A DNA stretch of 64,000 bases from the NCBI GenBank assembly GCA_052327205.1, contig CM126222.1:57846001-57910000 (forward strand), read 5' to 3'. The notes under the pieces were generated by a model. It did not search any database. It was not told the DNA's origin and saw only the letters and a list, made by a program, of their open reading frames with translations. This document shows positions 1-11,882 of the stretch, one piece after another; the first letter of the stretch is position 1; the number at the start of each line of letters is the position of its first letter. The translations under genes and the position numbers were made by a program. This stretch comes from Somniosus microcephalus (taxonomy: Eukaryota).

Positions 1-1130
1 GGCCTTCACATCCTTCCTAAAGTGCGGTGCCCAGAATTGAACACAGTACTCCAGTTGAGGCCAAACCAGTGTTTTATAAAGGTTCATTATAATTTCCTTG
101 CATTTGTACTCTATGGGCTCGAATTTCCAAGCCCCGAGGAGGCGGGTTTGGAGGTGGGAGTGGCGGGAAAATTGCAGAGTCGGGGGGCAGGAACCCATCC
201 CGCCCCCAACCCGCCTCCGTGCCAATGTCCCAGGAGGTGGGTACCCGACCTGTGCTGGGAGCCGCCTCTCCGAGGCGGGAAGGGGATTAGTGCCAGTTAA
301 CAGGTAGTTAACAGGCAGTTTTTTGCCTAATCCCTATTTTTAGCCCTGAAGTGTGGGCTGTCCGACGGCTCTGAACCACGCTAAGTTAGCGAGGTGGACC
401 GTCGATCTGCAGGGGTTGGAGGGGTCGAGATGTCCGTTGTGCAGGTGAGTGATGGGTGTATGTGTGTAGAGGTAAGTGTGTGAGGTAAGTGTAAAGTGTT
501 TTAATAAGTTTTACTTACCTTTACTTTCTCCTGCAGGCTTCCTCCCTTCAGTTCTCGGGAGTCCCTGAGCTCACCGGCACAGAAAGCAGAATGGCCGCTG
601 AACTGTCAAAAGCTGCAGCCTCTGCTTTCTGGTCTGGAGAGATCTCTAACTGAGTCTGAGTACAAGGACTCAAGTTAGAAGACAGATTGTCAGTGTTTGA
701 CAGCTTCACAGAGCTGTCAAACGCTGATTTTTCATCTGTCAAAAGCTCTTGACATGAAATGTCAATCGCTGATGTCATCAGTAACCAGGTGTCCCTTAAT
801 TGGCCTGCTGAGCCTGCTGGGCGGACTTAACAAGGTCAATCAAGGGAAAATAGCGTGGGTTAGCCACAAGTCGATGGAGGCGGGACTACAACCCAAAAAG
901 TGGGAGTCCCGCCTCCATCATGTCCCCATTGATAAATTCGAGCCCTATGCCTCTATTTATGAAGCCCAGGATCCCGTATGCTTTTTTAACTACTTTCTCA
1001 ACCTGCCCTGCCACCTTCAACAATGTATGCACATATGCCCCCAGGTCTCTCTGTTCATGCACCCCCTTTAGAATTGTACCCTTTAGGTTATATTGCCGCT
1101 CCTCATTCTTCCTACCAAAATGTACCACTT
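1..1130 (-). mobile_element. CR1-type LINE ORF2 fragment, interrupted by a MITE at 115..945
   Basis: Minus ORF VHFGRKNEERQY...QRDLG...KAYGILGFINRGI; 1..114 continues it and is collinear with the CR1 copy near 37500..37800. Confidence 0.88.
115..945. mobile_element. Non-autonomous DNA transposon, PIF/Harbinger-like
   Basis: Perfect 12-bp TIR GGGCTCGAATTT/AAATTCGAGCCC; 3-bp TSD TAT (112-114, 946-948), confirmed by restoring the host CR1. Confidence 0.85.
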
Positions 1131-1625
1131 AGCACTGAAGTTTGTCGGCCATTGAATGGAAAACTTAAACGAGTAGGGATTTACTAGTGAGTATAACGAT
1201 GGTTAACTGAAAGGCTACTTCATGTTATATTTCTAAAAGAAAATTGCTTCAGCCCACATCCGACAAGAAATCCAGTGTGGTGATAATTCCCTCTAAATTA
1301 ACAGTTACTTTTATCTGGGAGCGTATGTGGGAAAGTGGTGCATGATTTTATGATTGCTGATTTAAATTTCCATTACGCGCATCCAGCGGGCGAGGTTCCC
1401 TGTCAGGAGCACAGATTCGGAATAATTATTTTTTACTCTGTTCTGGTTGTTGTATTTTTTTTTAACTCCAAGCGTTGATTTTCTTTTACCAGAAAAGGCC
1501 TGTCGCCACTGGAATATAACAGTAATTTCCACGATTGGGTGTTAACATGGCGAAATTGTGTTTCCGTGGTTCTCAGGTCAAGAAAGCAGAGCTCACAGCC
1601 TGTCATTTTAAGCATTTTTTAAAAT

Positions 1626-4010
1626 CATTCCTGGGATGTGGGCATCGCTGGCAAGGCCTGTATTTATTGCCCATCCCTAATTGCCCTTGAGAAGGTGGTG
1701 GTGAGCCGCCTTCTTGAACCGCTGCAGTCCGTGTGGTGAAGGTACTCCCACAGAGCTGTTAGGGAGGGAGTTCCAGGATTTTGATCCAGCGACAATGAAG
1801 GATCGGCGATATATTTCCAAATCAGGATGGTGTGTAACTTGGAGGGGCACTTGCAATGGTGGTGTTCCCATGCACCTGCTGCCCTTGTCCTTCTAGGTGG
1901 TAGAAGTCGCGGGTTTGGGAGATGCTGCTGAAGAAGCCTTGGTGAGTTGCTGCGTGCATCTTGTAGATGGTACACACTGCAGCCACGGTACGCCAGTGGT
2001 GGAGGGAGTGAATGTTTAAGGTGGTGGATGGGGTGCCAATCAAGCGGGCTGCTTTGTCCTGGATGGTGTCGAGCTTCTTGAGTGTTGTTGGAGTTGCACT
2101 CATCCAGGCAAATGGAGCGTATTCCATCACACTCCTGACTTGTGCCTTGTAGATGGTGGAAATGATTTGGGGCGTCAGGAGGTGAGACACTTGCCGCAGA
2201 ATACCCAGCCTCTGACCTGCTCTTGTAGCCACAGTACTTATGTGGCTGGTCCAGTTAAGTTTCTGGTCAATGGTGACTCCCCAAGATGTTGATGGTGGGG
2301 GATTTGGCAATGATAATGCCGTTGAATGCCATGGGGCTTGTGTGGTGCGAATGTTACTTGCCTCTTATCAGTCCAAGCCTGAATGCCATTCAGGTTTTGC
2401 TGCATTCGGGCATGGACTGCTTCATTATCTGAGGAGTTGTGAATGGAACTGAACACTGTGCAACCATCAGCGAACATCCCCACTTCTGACCTTATGATGG
2501 AGGGAAGGTCATTGATGAAGTAGCTGAAGATGGTTGGGCCTAGGACACTGCCCTGAGAAAGTCCTGCAGCAATGCTCTGGGGCGGAGATGATTGACCTCC
2601 AACAACTACAACCATCTTCCTTTGTGCTAGGTATGATCCAGCCAGTGGAGAGTTTTCCCCCTGATTCCCATTGACTTCAGTTTTACTAGGGCTCCTTGAT
2701 GCCACACTCGGTCAAATGCTGCCTTGATGCCAAGGGCAGTCACTTTCACCTCACCTCTGGAATTCAGCTCTTTTGTCCGTGTTTGGACCAAGGCTGTAAT
2801 GAGGTCTGGAGCCGAGTGGTCCTGGCGGAACCCAAAACTGAGCATCAGTGAGCAGGTTATTGGTGAGTAAATGCCGCTTGATAGCACTGTCAACGACATC
2901 TTCCATCACTTTGCTGATGATTGAGAGTAGACTTATGGGGCGGTTATTGGCCGGATTGGATTTGACCTGCTTTTTGTGGACAGGACATACCTGGGCAGTT
3001 TTCCACATTGTCGGGTAGATGCCAGTGTTGTAGTTGTGCTGGAACATCTTGGTTAGAGGTGCGGCTAGTTCTGGAGCACAAGTCTCCAGCACGACAGCCG
3101 GGATGTTGTCGGGGCCCATAGCCTTTGCTGTATCCAGTGTGTGCTCAGCCGTTTCTTGATATCACATGGAGTCAATCAAATTGGCTGAAGAATGGCTTCT
3201 GTGATGGTGGGGACCTCAGATGGTGGCTGATATGAATCATCCACTCGGCACTTCTGGCTGAAGATGGTTGCAAATGCGTCTTGTCTTTGGCACTTGCGTG
3301 CTGGACTCCGCCATCAGAGTCACAGGGTCACAGAAACGCCACAGTGCAGATAGAGGCCATTTCGGCCCATCGAGCCTGCACCGACACATATCCCACCCGA
3401 TCCCCGTAACCCCTACACCGACACATATCCCACCCTATCCCCGTAACCCCACGTATTTAATCCCCCTAACACTAAGGGTCAATTTATGATAGCCAATCAA
3501 CCTAACCCGCACATCTTTGGACTGTGGGAGGAAACCGGAGCACCCGGAGGAAACCCACGCAAACACGGGGAGAATGTGCAAACTCCACACAGACAGTCGC
3601 CCGAGGCCGGATTTGAACCTGGGTCCCTGGCGCTGTGAGGCAACAGTGCTAACCACTATGCCATCATTGAGGATGGGGAAATTCATGGAGCCTTCTTCTC
3701 CGATTAGTTGTTTAATCATCCACCACCATTCACGACTGGATGTGGCAGGACTGCAGAGCTTTGATCTGATGTGTTGATTGTGGAATCGCTTAGCTCTGTC
3801 TATAGCATGCTGCTTCCGCTGTTTAACATGCATGGAGTCCCGTGTTGCAGCTTCCCCAGGCTTTTTCCCACTGGCAAGACAGACCCAGGAGTGGCGGCAC
3901 AGTGGTATACAGTCGGGAGGGAGTGGCCCTGGGAGTCCTCAACATTGACTCCGCACCCCATGAAGTCTCATGGCTTCAGGTCAAGCACGGTCAAGGAAAC
4001 CCCCTGCTGA
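1626..4010 (-). mobile_element. Decayed CR1/L2-group LINE (RT and C-terminus on minus strand; inverted endonuclease piece ~3865..4010)
   Basis: Frameshifted RT peptides GPDNIP...ELAAPL, RPISLLSIISKVME, QGSVLGPTIF...INDL...MFAD, IYKAQVRSVMEY; flanking TTAAAAT repeat. Confidence 0.9.
3317..3664 (-). mobile_element. HE1-like V-SINE inserted in the LINE
   Basis: tRNA-like head, V-domain GGGTTTCCTCCGGGTGCTCCGGTTTCCTCCCACA, CR1-type tail; GCCATCA on both flanks. Confidence 0.88.
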
Positions 4011-4857
4011 TTAAAATTAATGGATGGACAGCCATGGCTGCGGACAAGGACGGTGTTTGCTGTGGAAAGATTCAGTTTGGGGCCCCTACATTTTACTAGA
4101 CAACGATACTAACTATATCGGCTTAATCTGGTGTCACATCAACAAATGAGAAGAGAAAAAGATTCTCTCGAAGGGTCTCGACCCAAAACATTAATCTGCC
4201 TCTTCAAATACTAACCAAGTCACTGCACAAATTCCAGCATTCGTTGGTTGGACTGCAAAGAGTTGAATTCTACCCAGCCGAGGGAGGGGGAAAATTCCTC
4301 ACAGCTTGTGGGCTACTCCCTACCCATAACTCTCCTCACACTTGCAGGAATGAATCTCATTCCATGTTAGTGATTGCAAATTATGAATGAGAGGAGAAGG
4401 ATGGGAGAGCAGTGCACTGATAACTCAGCACCTGCATCCCTCCAGCGCGGAGCCAGGATGTGAGCAGCATGTCCAATTTGGAATGCAGTATGTTTACATT
4501 TCATACGCGGATTGATGGCGGCTCCTACTCACAGGTGAGTCTGTCGGCGGAGGCGAAGAGTTACCGGGTGGCGAGCCAGTCGATCCTCAGCACTTAACCC
4601 GGTGTCTCCGCTGATCGGAAGCCGCAGATCCGCATGGGACCCCGTCCAATTGCATGGGTTGCATGGCTACTGGCCTGAGATTTCCTGACCTGTGTTCCCT
4701 GGCAGCAGCTGATCTTGGAAACTATCCTACAGTGCGCAAAGGATAACCAGCATAAACCTGGAATTCTTCTTTAAAAATCCAGCATGCTTATAACTCTTTC
4801 GAATGATACTGTGGTACATTTTTAACCAATTAATAAATAATTCCATTTACTTTGCAG

Positions 4858-4956
4858 ATGTGGCAGTGCCACTTCACCGTGGAGTGTGGAGTTGACGACT
4901 GGACTGCTGAGTGGAGAGATGTTACAAGAAATGACCTCATGAAAAGAATACAGGAG
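4858..4956 (+). CDS. RNF213: RNF213 exon (window exon 1) MWQCHFTVECGVDDWTAEWRDVTRNDLMKRIQE
   Basis: tttgcag acceptor, GAG|gtat donor, phase 0/0; only open frame. Confidence 0.8.
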
Positions 4957-5399
4957 GTATATACATATATAACGAGACCAGCCCTTTTGGGTATTTTGAT
5001 TTAATGGTTTTGGGCAGAGTTTTTGTCACATATTTACATAAATTAACCACTGACTTGCCAACACATAATAGCCAGCAAAACTACAGATTAGCAGCTTACC
5101 TTTATGAAATCTGCATCCGAATGAGCCGATACCCTCAGAAGCCGCCACAACCCTGATTTAAAATCTATTTGTAAAAGGGACATTAAGTGTAAAATGAGCG
5201 TAAGACCCCCCTCCTGAACTGCAGCGTCACATCACGGACTGAGAGTACGGCCTGTGGCAGGGGGATAGTTTTTGAAGGGCCTCTTTGAAGGCGGACAGAG
5301 CGTTTTCACTATTTCAGGTGCGAGCTTCCATCAGCTCTGTGCAGTTACCAAGAGAAACTAAAACAGTAACTACCCCTTCAGCTCACAAACAATGATATT

Positions 5400-5500
5400 T
5401 CAGAAATAGAAACAGGAAATGATGGAAACCCTCAGCAGGCCAGGGCAGCATCTGTGGAGAGAGAAAGAGTCAATGTTTCAGGTCGATGACCTTTCATTAT
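5400..5500 (-). mobile_element. Penelope-like terminal repeat fragment (degenerate hammerhead)
   Basis: Same sequence family as 8396..8535 and 49394..49492. Confidence 0.7.
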
Positions 5501-5586
5501 ATTTCAGGTTGTGTTCATAAAGATACCAGCATTTTATAAATGTGGTTATACATTTCATTTATTTTTTTGTTGTATTTCATTTATAG

Positions 5587-5709
5587 GAAAACCCCTCTGA
5601 CCAAATAGTGATCTACTGGAATGAGATGGAAAATTTAACTGCCTTAAATCCCATTCTTCTGGATTGTTTTGAGACCTGTGCACTTAATGCTGTAGAGGAA
5701 GTTTGCCAG
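5587..5709 (+). CDS. RNF213: RNF213 exon 2 ENPSDQIVIY...CFETCALNAVEEVCQ
   Basis: ttatag acceptor, CAG|gtaaga donor, phase 0/0. Confidence 0.88.
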
Positions 5710-6001
5710 GTAAGAGAAAATACCAAAAGAAAGCATTTATCCCCGAATGGCCATACTTGATAATGTACACTTTGGGGTATTAAAGCTATTGTCCAGGTAA
5801 CTGTATATCCATATATCTGGGAGTTTCCCACACAGTGCAATAGTCAGCAAACCCTTGGTTTCATTGACATTTTCTGGTGTTTGTTGCCAATAGCCAACTC
5901 TTGTTTGATGTGGAGGTAAAAAAAGAAAAGCCAGGAATCTGAATTAAATAATGACAATTCTGAGACTGCACAGCAGATTGACCAGCTCTAGAAAAAGATA
6001 A

Positions 6002-6679
6002 GGGGGGAAAAACTCGGTGGCGCCCCCTTTGGGGCGCTAACATCGCCAGGGTGCTAACTTTAGCGCCCCGAAAAAGTTATTACCCCTTGCGCCATAAACT
6101 CAGTAGTAGCGTCCCAAGCAGGGGGCGCGGCGCTACTGGAGGCGCTCCCCCTCCTTCTTGGGGCGCTACCAGTGAATTTCATGGTGTTACGTGCAACAAC
6201 GCCACGCGCGTCAGCACGTAGCACCGCATCATTGCAGGCCTCCCTCCCCTGCGCGTACCGGGCCCTGCTAGACCACCGGGGAGCGGGGTGCTGTGAAAAC
6301 AGCCTGGCACTCAAGAGGTGTGCCGGGCTGAGCGATCGCGGCCGGCACCCCGAAGAACAAATGGGAAGGGGGCAGGTGCTGGCAGCCGACCAAAATAAAA
6401 ATGGCCGCCCGACACCTGCCCTTTAAGTAGCGCCGCCGCGGCTGCAAAAACGCCACCCTGACCCTGTCGGGCATATCGCCGGCGATAGGTCAGGGGGGCG
6501 CAACGTCATCGATGACGTCATTGCCGGCGGCGCCACGGGGCGCTACTGGCTTATGCCGCCGCTAACCTCCCACTGAATTTCGCGGGAGGCATTAGCGCCG
6601 CCGCACCCGGGCGCAAGGGGATTTGTGCCCCCACGGGGGGCGCTAACAAGAGGTGCAAATCAACCTAATTTTTCCCCCC
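6002..6679. mobile_element. GC-rich MITE, PIF/Harbinger-like (family shared with 26604 and 46585)
   Basis: TIR GGGGGAAAAA...TTTTTCCCCC; internal TAGCGCCCC repeats; homologous to the 46585..47181 copy. Confidence 0.82.
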
Positions 6680-6834
6680 AAGTTAATATTTCAAGTGGGA
6701 CCTTTCATCAGAACTGCTACTGTTAGGCTGGAGAAACCTCTTTGAAAGGACTGGTACGGTGGCAGATGTAGTTCACCCCTCAAAGCTAACACCCCAAAAT
6801 GACGGACGAGTTCTTTAATAACAAGCAAAAGGGC

Positions 6835-7022
6835 TTCTGCTGTAGTCGCATGTGTATTGTAAGTGGACTTGCGTCGGCTATGTTATTGGGTACATTCTGC
6901 TGTAATAGAGCGTGTAACATGAATGGACTTGTAGATGGCTAAGTTATAGCGTTCATTCTGCTGTAAGAGTGCATATATTGTAGATGGACATGTACATGGC
7001 TATATTATAGAGTTAATTCTGC
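6835..7022. repeat. Degenerate tandem repeat, about 3 x 60-61 bp
   Basis: ttctgc recurs at 6835, 6895, 6956 and 7017 with shared tggac..g...ggcta motifs. Confidence 0.8.
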
Positions 7023-7411
7023 AAATCTGTGCACTCAGTGAGGAAGCCTCACTGACACGGAGCCTGGGTTGAAAATGCAGCTACAACATTACAGCCCTGA
7101 TTCTTCACCTCCGCCCCCGCCCCAACGCTCACTGCTCCTCGCTGAGAGTGTGAGATTGCAGAATTTACCCTTGTGTATATTTATATATATAAGCGAAAGA
7201 AGTGAATATGGGAAAATGAAGGTACAGATAGGTGCAGTGATGACCTTTAATTAGTTGGCAGTAGTCATAATTTTACACACACATACTAAAAAGGGAGCAT
7301 GTGGTTTAGATTTGGGTGTGAATTATATTTGTGAAATAACTAGACTTGCTGTGTTCAGGTGCACTGTGAAAATTGATCTTTTTAAATGTCTTACTTTCTG
7401 CTAAATTTTAG

Positions 7412-7586
7412 AGTAAAAAGGAAGCAGAACTGCTTACAAAGTTACGCGCATGGGAGAACCAAAAACCTGCAAAGGTTTTATCAAAACTGATCGAAGAATC
7501 CTGGAAAAGAATGCAGGGGAGCAATATCAGCAGTGTCGGCTGTGTACTGAGTTCAGATTGTGCCATACACTATTGTCTTCTGCAAG
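7412..7586 (+). CDS. RNF213: RNF213 exon 3 SKKEAELL...LSKLIEESW...HYCLLQ
   Basis: ttttag acceptor, AAG|gtaacc donor, phase 0/1. Confidence 0.85.
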
Positions 7587-7684
7587 GTAACCAGCTGGTG
7601 TAAATTTGGTTTACTTGTAACTGGTATGAGTACAAGACTCTATATAGAGCTGGGGGGTGGTGGGACTGACTGGATTGCTGTGCA

Positions 7685-7970
7685 TAGAAACATAGAAGAT
7701 AGGAGCAGGAGTAGGCCATTCGGCCCCTCGAGCCTGTTCTGCCATTTAATGAGATCATGGCTGATCATCCAAATTCAGTACCCTGTCCCTGCTTTCTCCC
7801 CATATCCCCTGATCCCTTTAGTCTTAAGAAATCTATCTAACTCCTTCTTGAATATATTTAATAAGCCGGCCTCAACGGCCTTCTGTGGTAGAGAATTCCA
7901 CAGGTTTACCACTCTCTGGGTAAAGAAATTCCTCCTCACCTCTGTCCTAAACGGCTTACCCCTTATCCTT
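7685..7970 (-). mobile_element. CR1 (HER1-like) 3' fragment nested in an opposite-strand CR1 tail (~7655..8035)
   Basis: Near-identical reverse complement of 40390..40672. Confidence 0.85.
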
Positions 7971-8395
7971 AGAGGAGCCGGCGTGGACTTGATGGGCCGA
8001 ATGGCTTCCTTCTGTGCCGTTATGACTTTATGACTTCGTTAATATGTGGATTGGGTTCACAAATTAGCCGTAGTTCTTGGACTGTAGTTCAGCTCCATTG
8101 TCGACCTTGGTCAACCCTCAGTTCGGTGAAGTTTGAAAATGAATCTGAGCGAAGTTACCACTCTGCCCTCTAGTGATTTTTCCCCCCCAAATATCACTTC
8201 TCTGAATCCCAGAACATTCCCTTGGATTTCCGTCCAATGCTACATGTTGCTACAGCATTGAGTAAATTTCAACAAGTTGTGTTCTCATGTTTTTTTGAAT
8301 GATTCTGGTGTAATTATTTACTCATGAATGCGTCAAATTGTAGTTGTGTGTCACTTCAGTCAGGAAATAACTGTGGCCAACGTAAAGTTTTTGTA

Positions 8396-9519
8396 CAAAA
8401 GCAAAATACTGCGGATGCTGGAAATCTGAAACAAAAACGGAAAATGCTGGAAACATTCAACAGGTCAGGCAACATCTGTGGAGAGAGAAACAGAGTTAAC
8501 GTTTCAGGTCAATGACCCTTCGTTAGAACTGGAAAAAGCTGGAGATGGAACAGGTTTTTAAGCAGGTGTGGGGGCAGGGAAAGGGGGGAGGGGAGGAAAG
8601 AACAAAAGGGAAGGTCTGTGATAGGGTGGAAGGCAGGAGAGATTAAATGACAAAAGGGATGATGGTGCAAGGCAAAAGGAGATGGTAATGGGACAGGTTA
8701 AGAAACATAGAAGATAGGAGCAGGAGTAGGCCATTCGGCCCTTCGAGCCTGCTCCGCCATTCAACGAGATCATGGCTGATCATCCAAACCCTAGCACCCG
8801 GTCCCTATACCGACAGCCATCCCACCCAAGCCCTATCCCCGTAACCCCGTAACCCCACGTATTTAATCCCCCCAACACTAAGGGCCAATTTTTTTATCAT
8901 GGCCAATCAACCTAACCCGCACATCTTTGGACTGTGGGAGGAAACCGGAGCACCCGGAGGAAACCCACGCAAACACGGGGAGAATGTGCAAACTCCACAC
9001 AGACAGTCACCCGAGGCCGGATTCGAACCCGGGTCCCTGGCGCTGTGAGGCATGAGATCATGGCTGACCATCCAAATTCAGTACCCGGTCCCTGCTTTCT
9101 CCCCATATCCCTTGATCCCTTTAGCCTTAAGAAATATATCTAACTCCTTCTTGAATATATTTAATGAATTGGCCTCAACTGCCTTCTGTGGTAGAGAATT
9201 CCACAGATTCACCACTCTCTGGGTGAAGAAAAGATGAGTCTAGATGAGGTGTAAATGGCAATGGCAGAATCATCAACAGCTGCCATGTGAGAGAGAAAAG
9301 AAAATATAGGGGTCAGGATTATAGTCTGAAATTGTTGAACTCGATGTTGAGTCCAGAAGGTTGTAAAGTGCCTAATCGAAAGATAAGGTGCTGTTCCTCG
9401 AGCTTACATTGAGCTTCGTTGGAACAGTGTAAAAGGCCGAGGATGGTGAGTTCAGAGTGGGAGTGGAGCGGAGAATTAAAGTCACTGCTGAGTGTTGCCA
9501 GCATTTTCTGTTTTTGTTA
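8396..9519 (-). mobile_element. Penelope-like element 3' part with nested SINE/CR1 insert (8703..9230) and an inverted terminal piece (9485..9519)
   Basis: C-terminal peptide KLEEQHLIFRLGTLQPSGLNIEFNNF; hammerhead-like motif 8494..8531; 12-bp TSD AAAGTTTTTGTA (8384, 9520). Confidence 0.8.
8703..9052 (-). mobile_element. HE1-like V-SINE, 5'-truncated, fused to a CR1 3' fragment (9053..9230)
   Basis: V-domain and CR1-derived tail as in the other copies. Confidence 0.85.
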
Positions 9520-10111
9520 AAAGTTTTTGTATTTGCTCTTCGGGATGTGGGCGACACTAGCATTGCAATTTTTATTGTCCACCTCTAGTTGCCCTGATGG
9601 CATAGCGCCGGCTGGTTTCCTCCTCTGAAGTGATCCGGATGGGTTTTCACAGCACTCCGGCAGCTTTCATGGTCATTTTTTTCTGGTGCAAGCCCGCAGC
9701 TTACCAGATGTATTGAATTCAATTTCACCTCTGGGTCGCTAGCCCAGTACCAAAACTGCTAGGTTACTCCACTGTGCTCCACTCCTACTTTAAGTAGTGA
9801 CTCTTGTATATGTAAGGCCGAGAGCGAGAGGGGATATCTCTTGAAGAGAGTGGAAATGTACGTGGCAGCATGTCTAGGAGAAGGCAGGAGCATGCCTGTT
9901 GGCTCATGAGGGACAGGGAGAGGTTTTGTTCGTCTGAGATGGGTAGCGAGCCCAGAAGGAAGTGGAAATTGGCCGACAGGCTTACGCAAAGCACAAAATA
10001 CATCAGCCAAAAGGAAGTGTGCCAAACAGCCTCTGAAGAACAGTTGGTGCATAAAGTTTGGAGAAGTATGGATGAGACGCTATGGTCATTCAGTATTAGT
10101 TACACCCGAGT

Positions 10112-10680
10112 ACTTGACTATTCCAACGCACTCCCGGCTGGCCTCCCACATTCCACCCTACATAAACTTGAGGTCATCCAAAACTTGGCTGCCCATGTCC
10201 TAACTCGCATCAAGTCCCGTTCGCCCATCACCCCCTGTGCTCACTGACCTACATTGGCTCCTGGTTAAACAACGCCTCGATTTCAAAATTCTCATCCTTG
10301 TTTTCAGATCCCTCCATGGCCCCGCCCCGTCCTATCTCTGTAATCTCCTTCAGCCCCACAACCCCCCCGAGATATCTGCGCTCCTCTAATTCTGCCCTCT
10401 TGAGGATCCCTGATTCCTTTGGTGGCTGTGCCTTCTGCTGCCTAGGCCCTAAGCTCTGGAATTCCCTGCTTAAACCTCTCCACCTCACTGCCTCTCTTTC
10501 CTCCTTTAAGACGCTCCTTAAAACCTACCTCTTTGACCAAGCTTTTGGTCATCTGCCCTAATTTATCCTTATGTGGATCGGTGTCAAATTTTTTGTCTTA
10601 AAATACTCCTGTGCAGCACCTTGGGACAAATTACAACGTTAAAGGTGCTATATAAATACAAGTTGTTGTTGTTGTTGTTG
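10112..10680 (+). mobile_element. L2-type LINE 3' fragment
   Basis: LDYSNAL...KLEVIQN.AA...PITP...LHWL; GGCAF...PKLWNSL; FKTLLKTYLF; (GTT)n tail. Confidence 0.85.
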
Positions 10681-11115
10681 AGCAAACAGTACAGTAATAT
10701 AAACCTTGCTGCCCACAACGTACAGGTTGCTGGAGGGTATGTGTGAACCCCTGATGTTCCACTGCTGGAGTATGCACCTTTGCTGTTTACATTTTATTAA
10801 TGCTAGTGGTTTAAATGGGGAGGGATTATCAGGCTGTTGTCGTAGTCTGGAGAAGTAGTTGGGGTTGACAGTGGACAGGAGATGCATTCAGCTACCTGAA
10901 ATTTAGAGCTTTCAAAGTGAGAATCTAGCAAAACGAAACACAACCGATCCCCAGCAGGTACTGTGCTGGATTCCAAAAGAGTAGAGTTGGATGGTACGAT
11001 AGAATCTTTGAAGCCCTACTGTATGGGTTTATTCCAATGAAAAATTAATCGTATTTTTGCTATTATATTCGTTACATTAATATAATTTATATCTAATATA
11101 TATGGTGATCTCCAG

Positions 11116-11283
11116 GTGACTGCAGTAAACTTGATGTCTCACAAGAAGCAAGAGGTTTACTAAAAGATGCTGAGAACAGTTTTCACATGCTGGTTGAATG
11201 CCTCTATAATGGCACTGTGAAGGTTGCTGATCTGCAGTTGCTCCTCAGGAAAAGAAAGGAATACACCGCTTTACTTCAAGCAC
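11116..11283 (+). CDS. RNF213: RNF213 exon 4 DCSKLDVSQEARGLL...YTALLQA
   Basis: ctccag acceptor, CAC|gtaagt donor, phase 1/1. Confidence 0.85.
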
Positions 11284-11882
11284 GTAAGTGTGATATAATA
11301 CAAGATTGCACGATTAACTCTGTCACAACACTGGCTTTATTAATATATACGCACACAGCATCGATCCATGCCCTTAGCGGTTACAGTGCAGTACAGCTTT
11401 CGATCTGCGTATTCTCCTGACTCACATACAGAAAATGTGGTGGAAGAATCACTTACACAGAAAAAGTGGCACTCCTGCTCCTCCGGGCCCCACAAAGAGA
11501 AATGTATTTGCTTACCATTTGGGTGTTGGGAAGGTAGTCACTCCAGCTAATAGGCCATTAGAATTGCCTCAGGGTCCTATCAGAGCGACAGGACCCCGAT
11601 TCGCATATGGCAGACACCTCGACTGCCCCGCGCTAAAATTGCCGCAGGCCAGTATCAGAATGGGAAAAGGAGCTGCTTGATTGTAGCACCCATTCCGTCT
11701 GGTTTCTGCTGGGTGGAGGGAGTTGAAATCCTTCCCTTTGTGTGTCTTTCAAACTAAGAAGTTGCTACTTCAAGATGTCCTTTGCAAACTACAGCCAATA
11801 CATTCCAACATTCTGATTCAACGCAGGGTAACTTAATCTTAGTCTAGTCTGAGGCTGCTGCTGGCCAACAATGTATTACAAT

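Noticed and set aside
8494-8531. Active hammerhead ribozyme
   Set aside because: The core reads CUAACGA (G5 mutated), so it is expected to be inactive.
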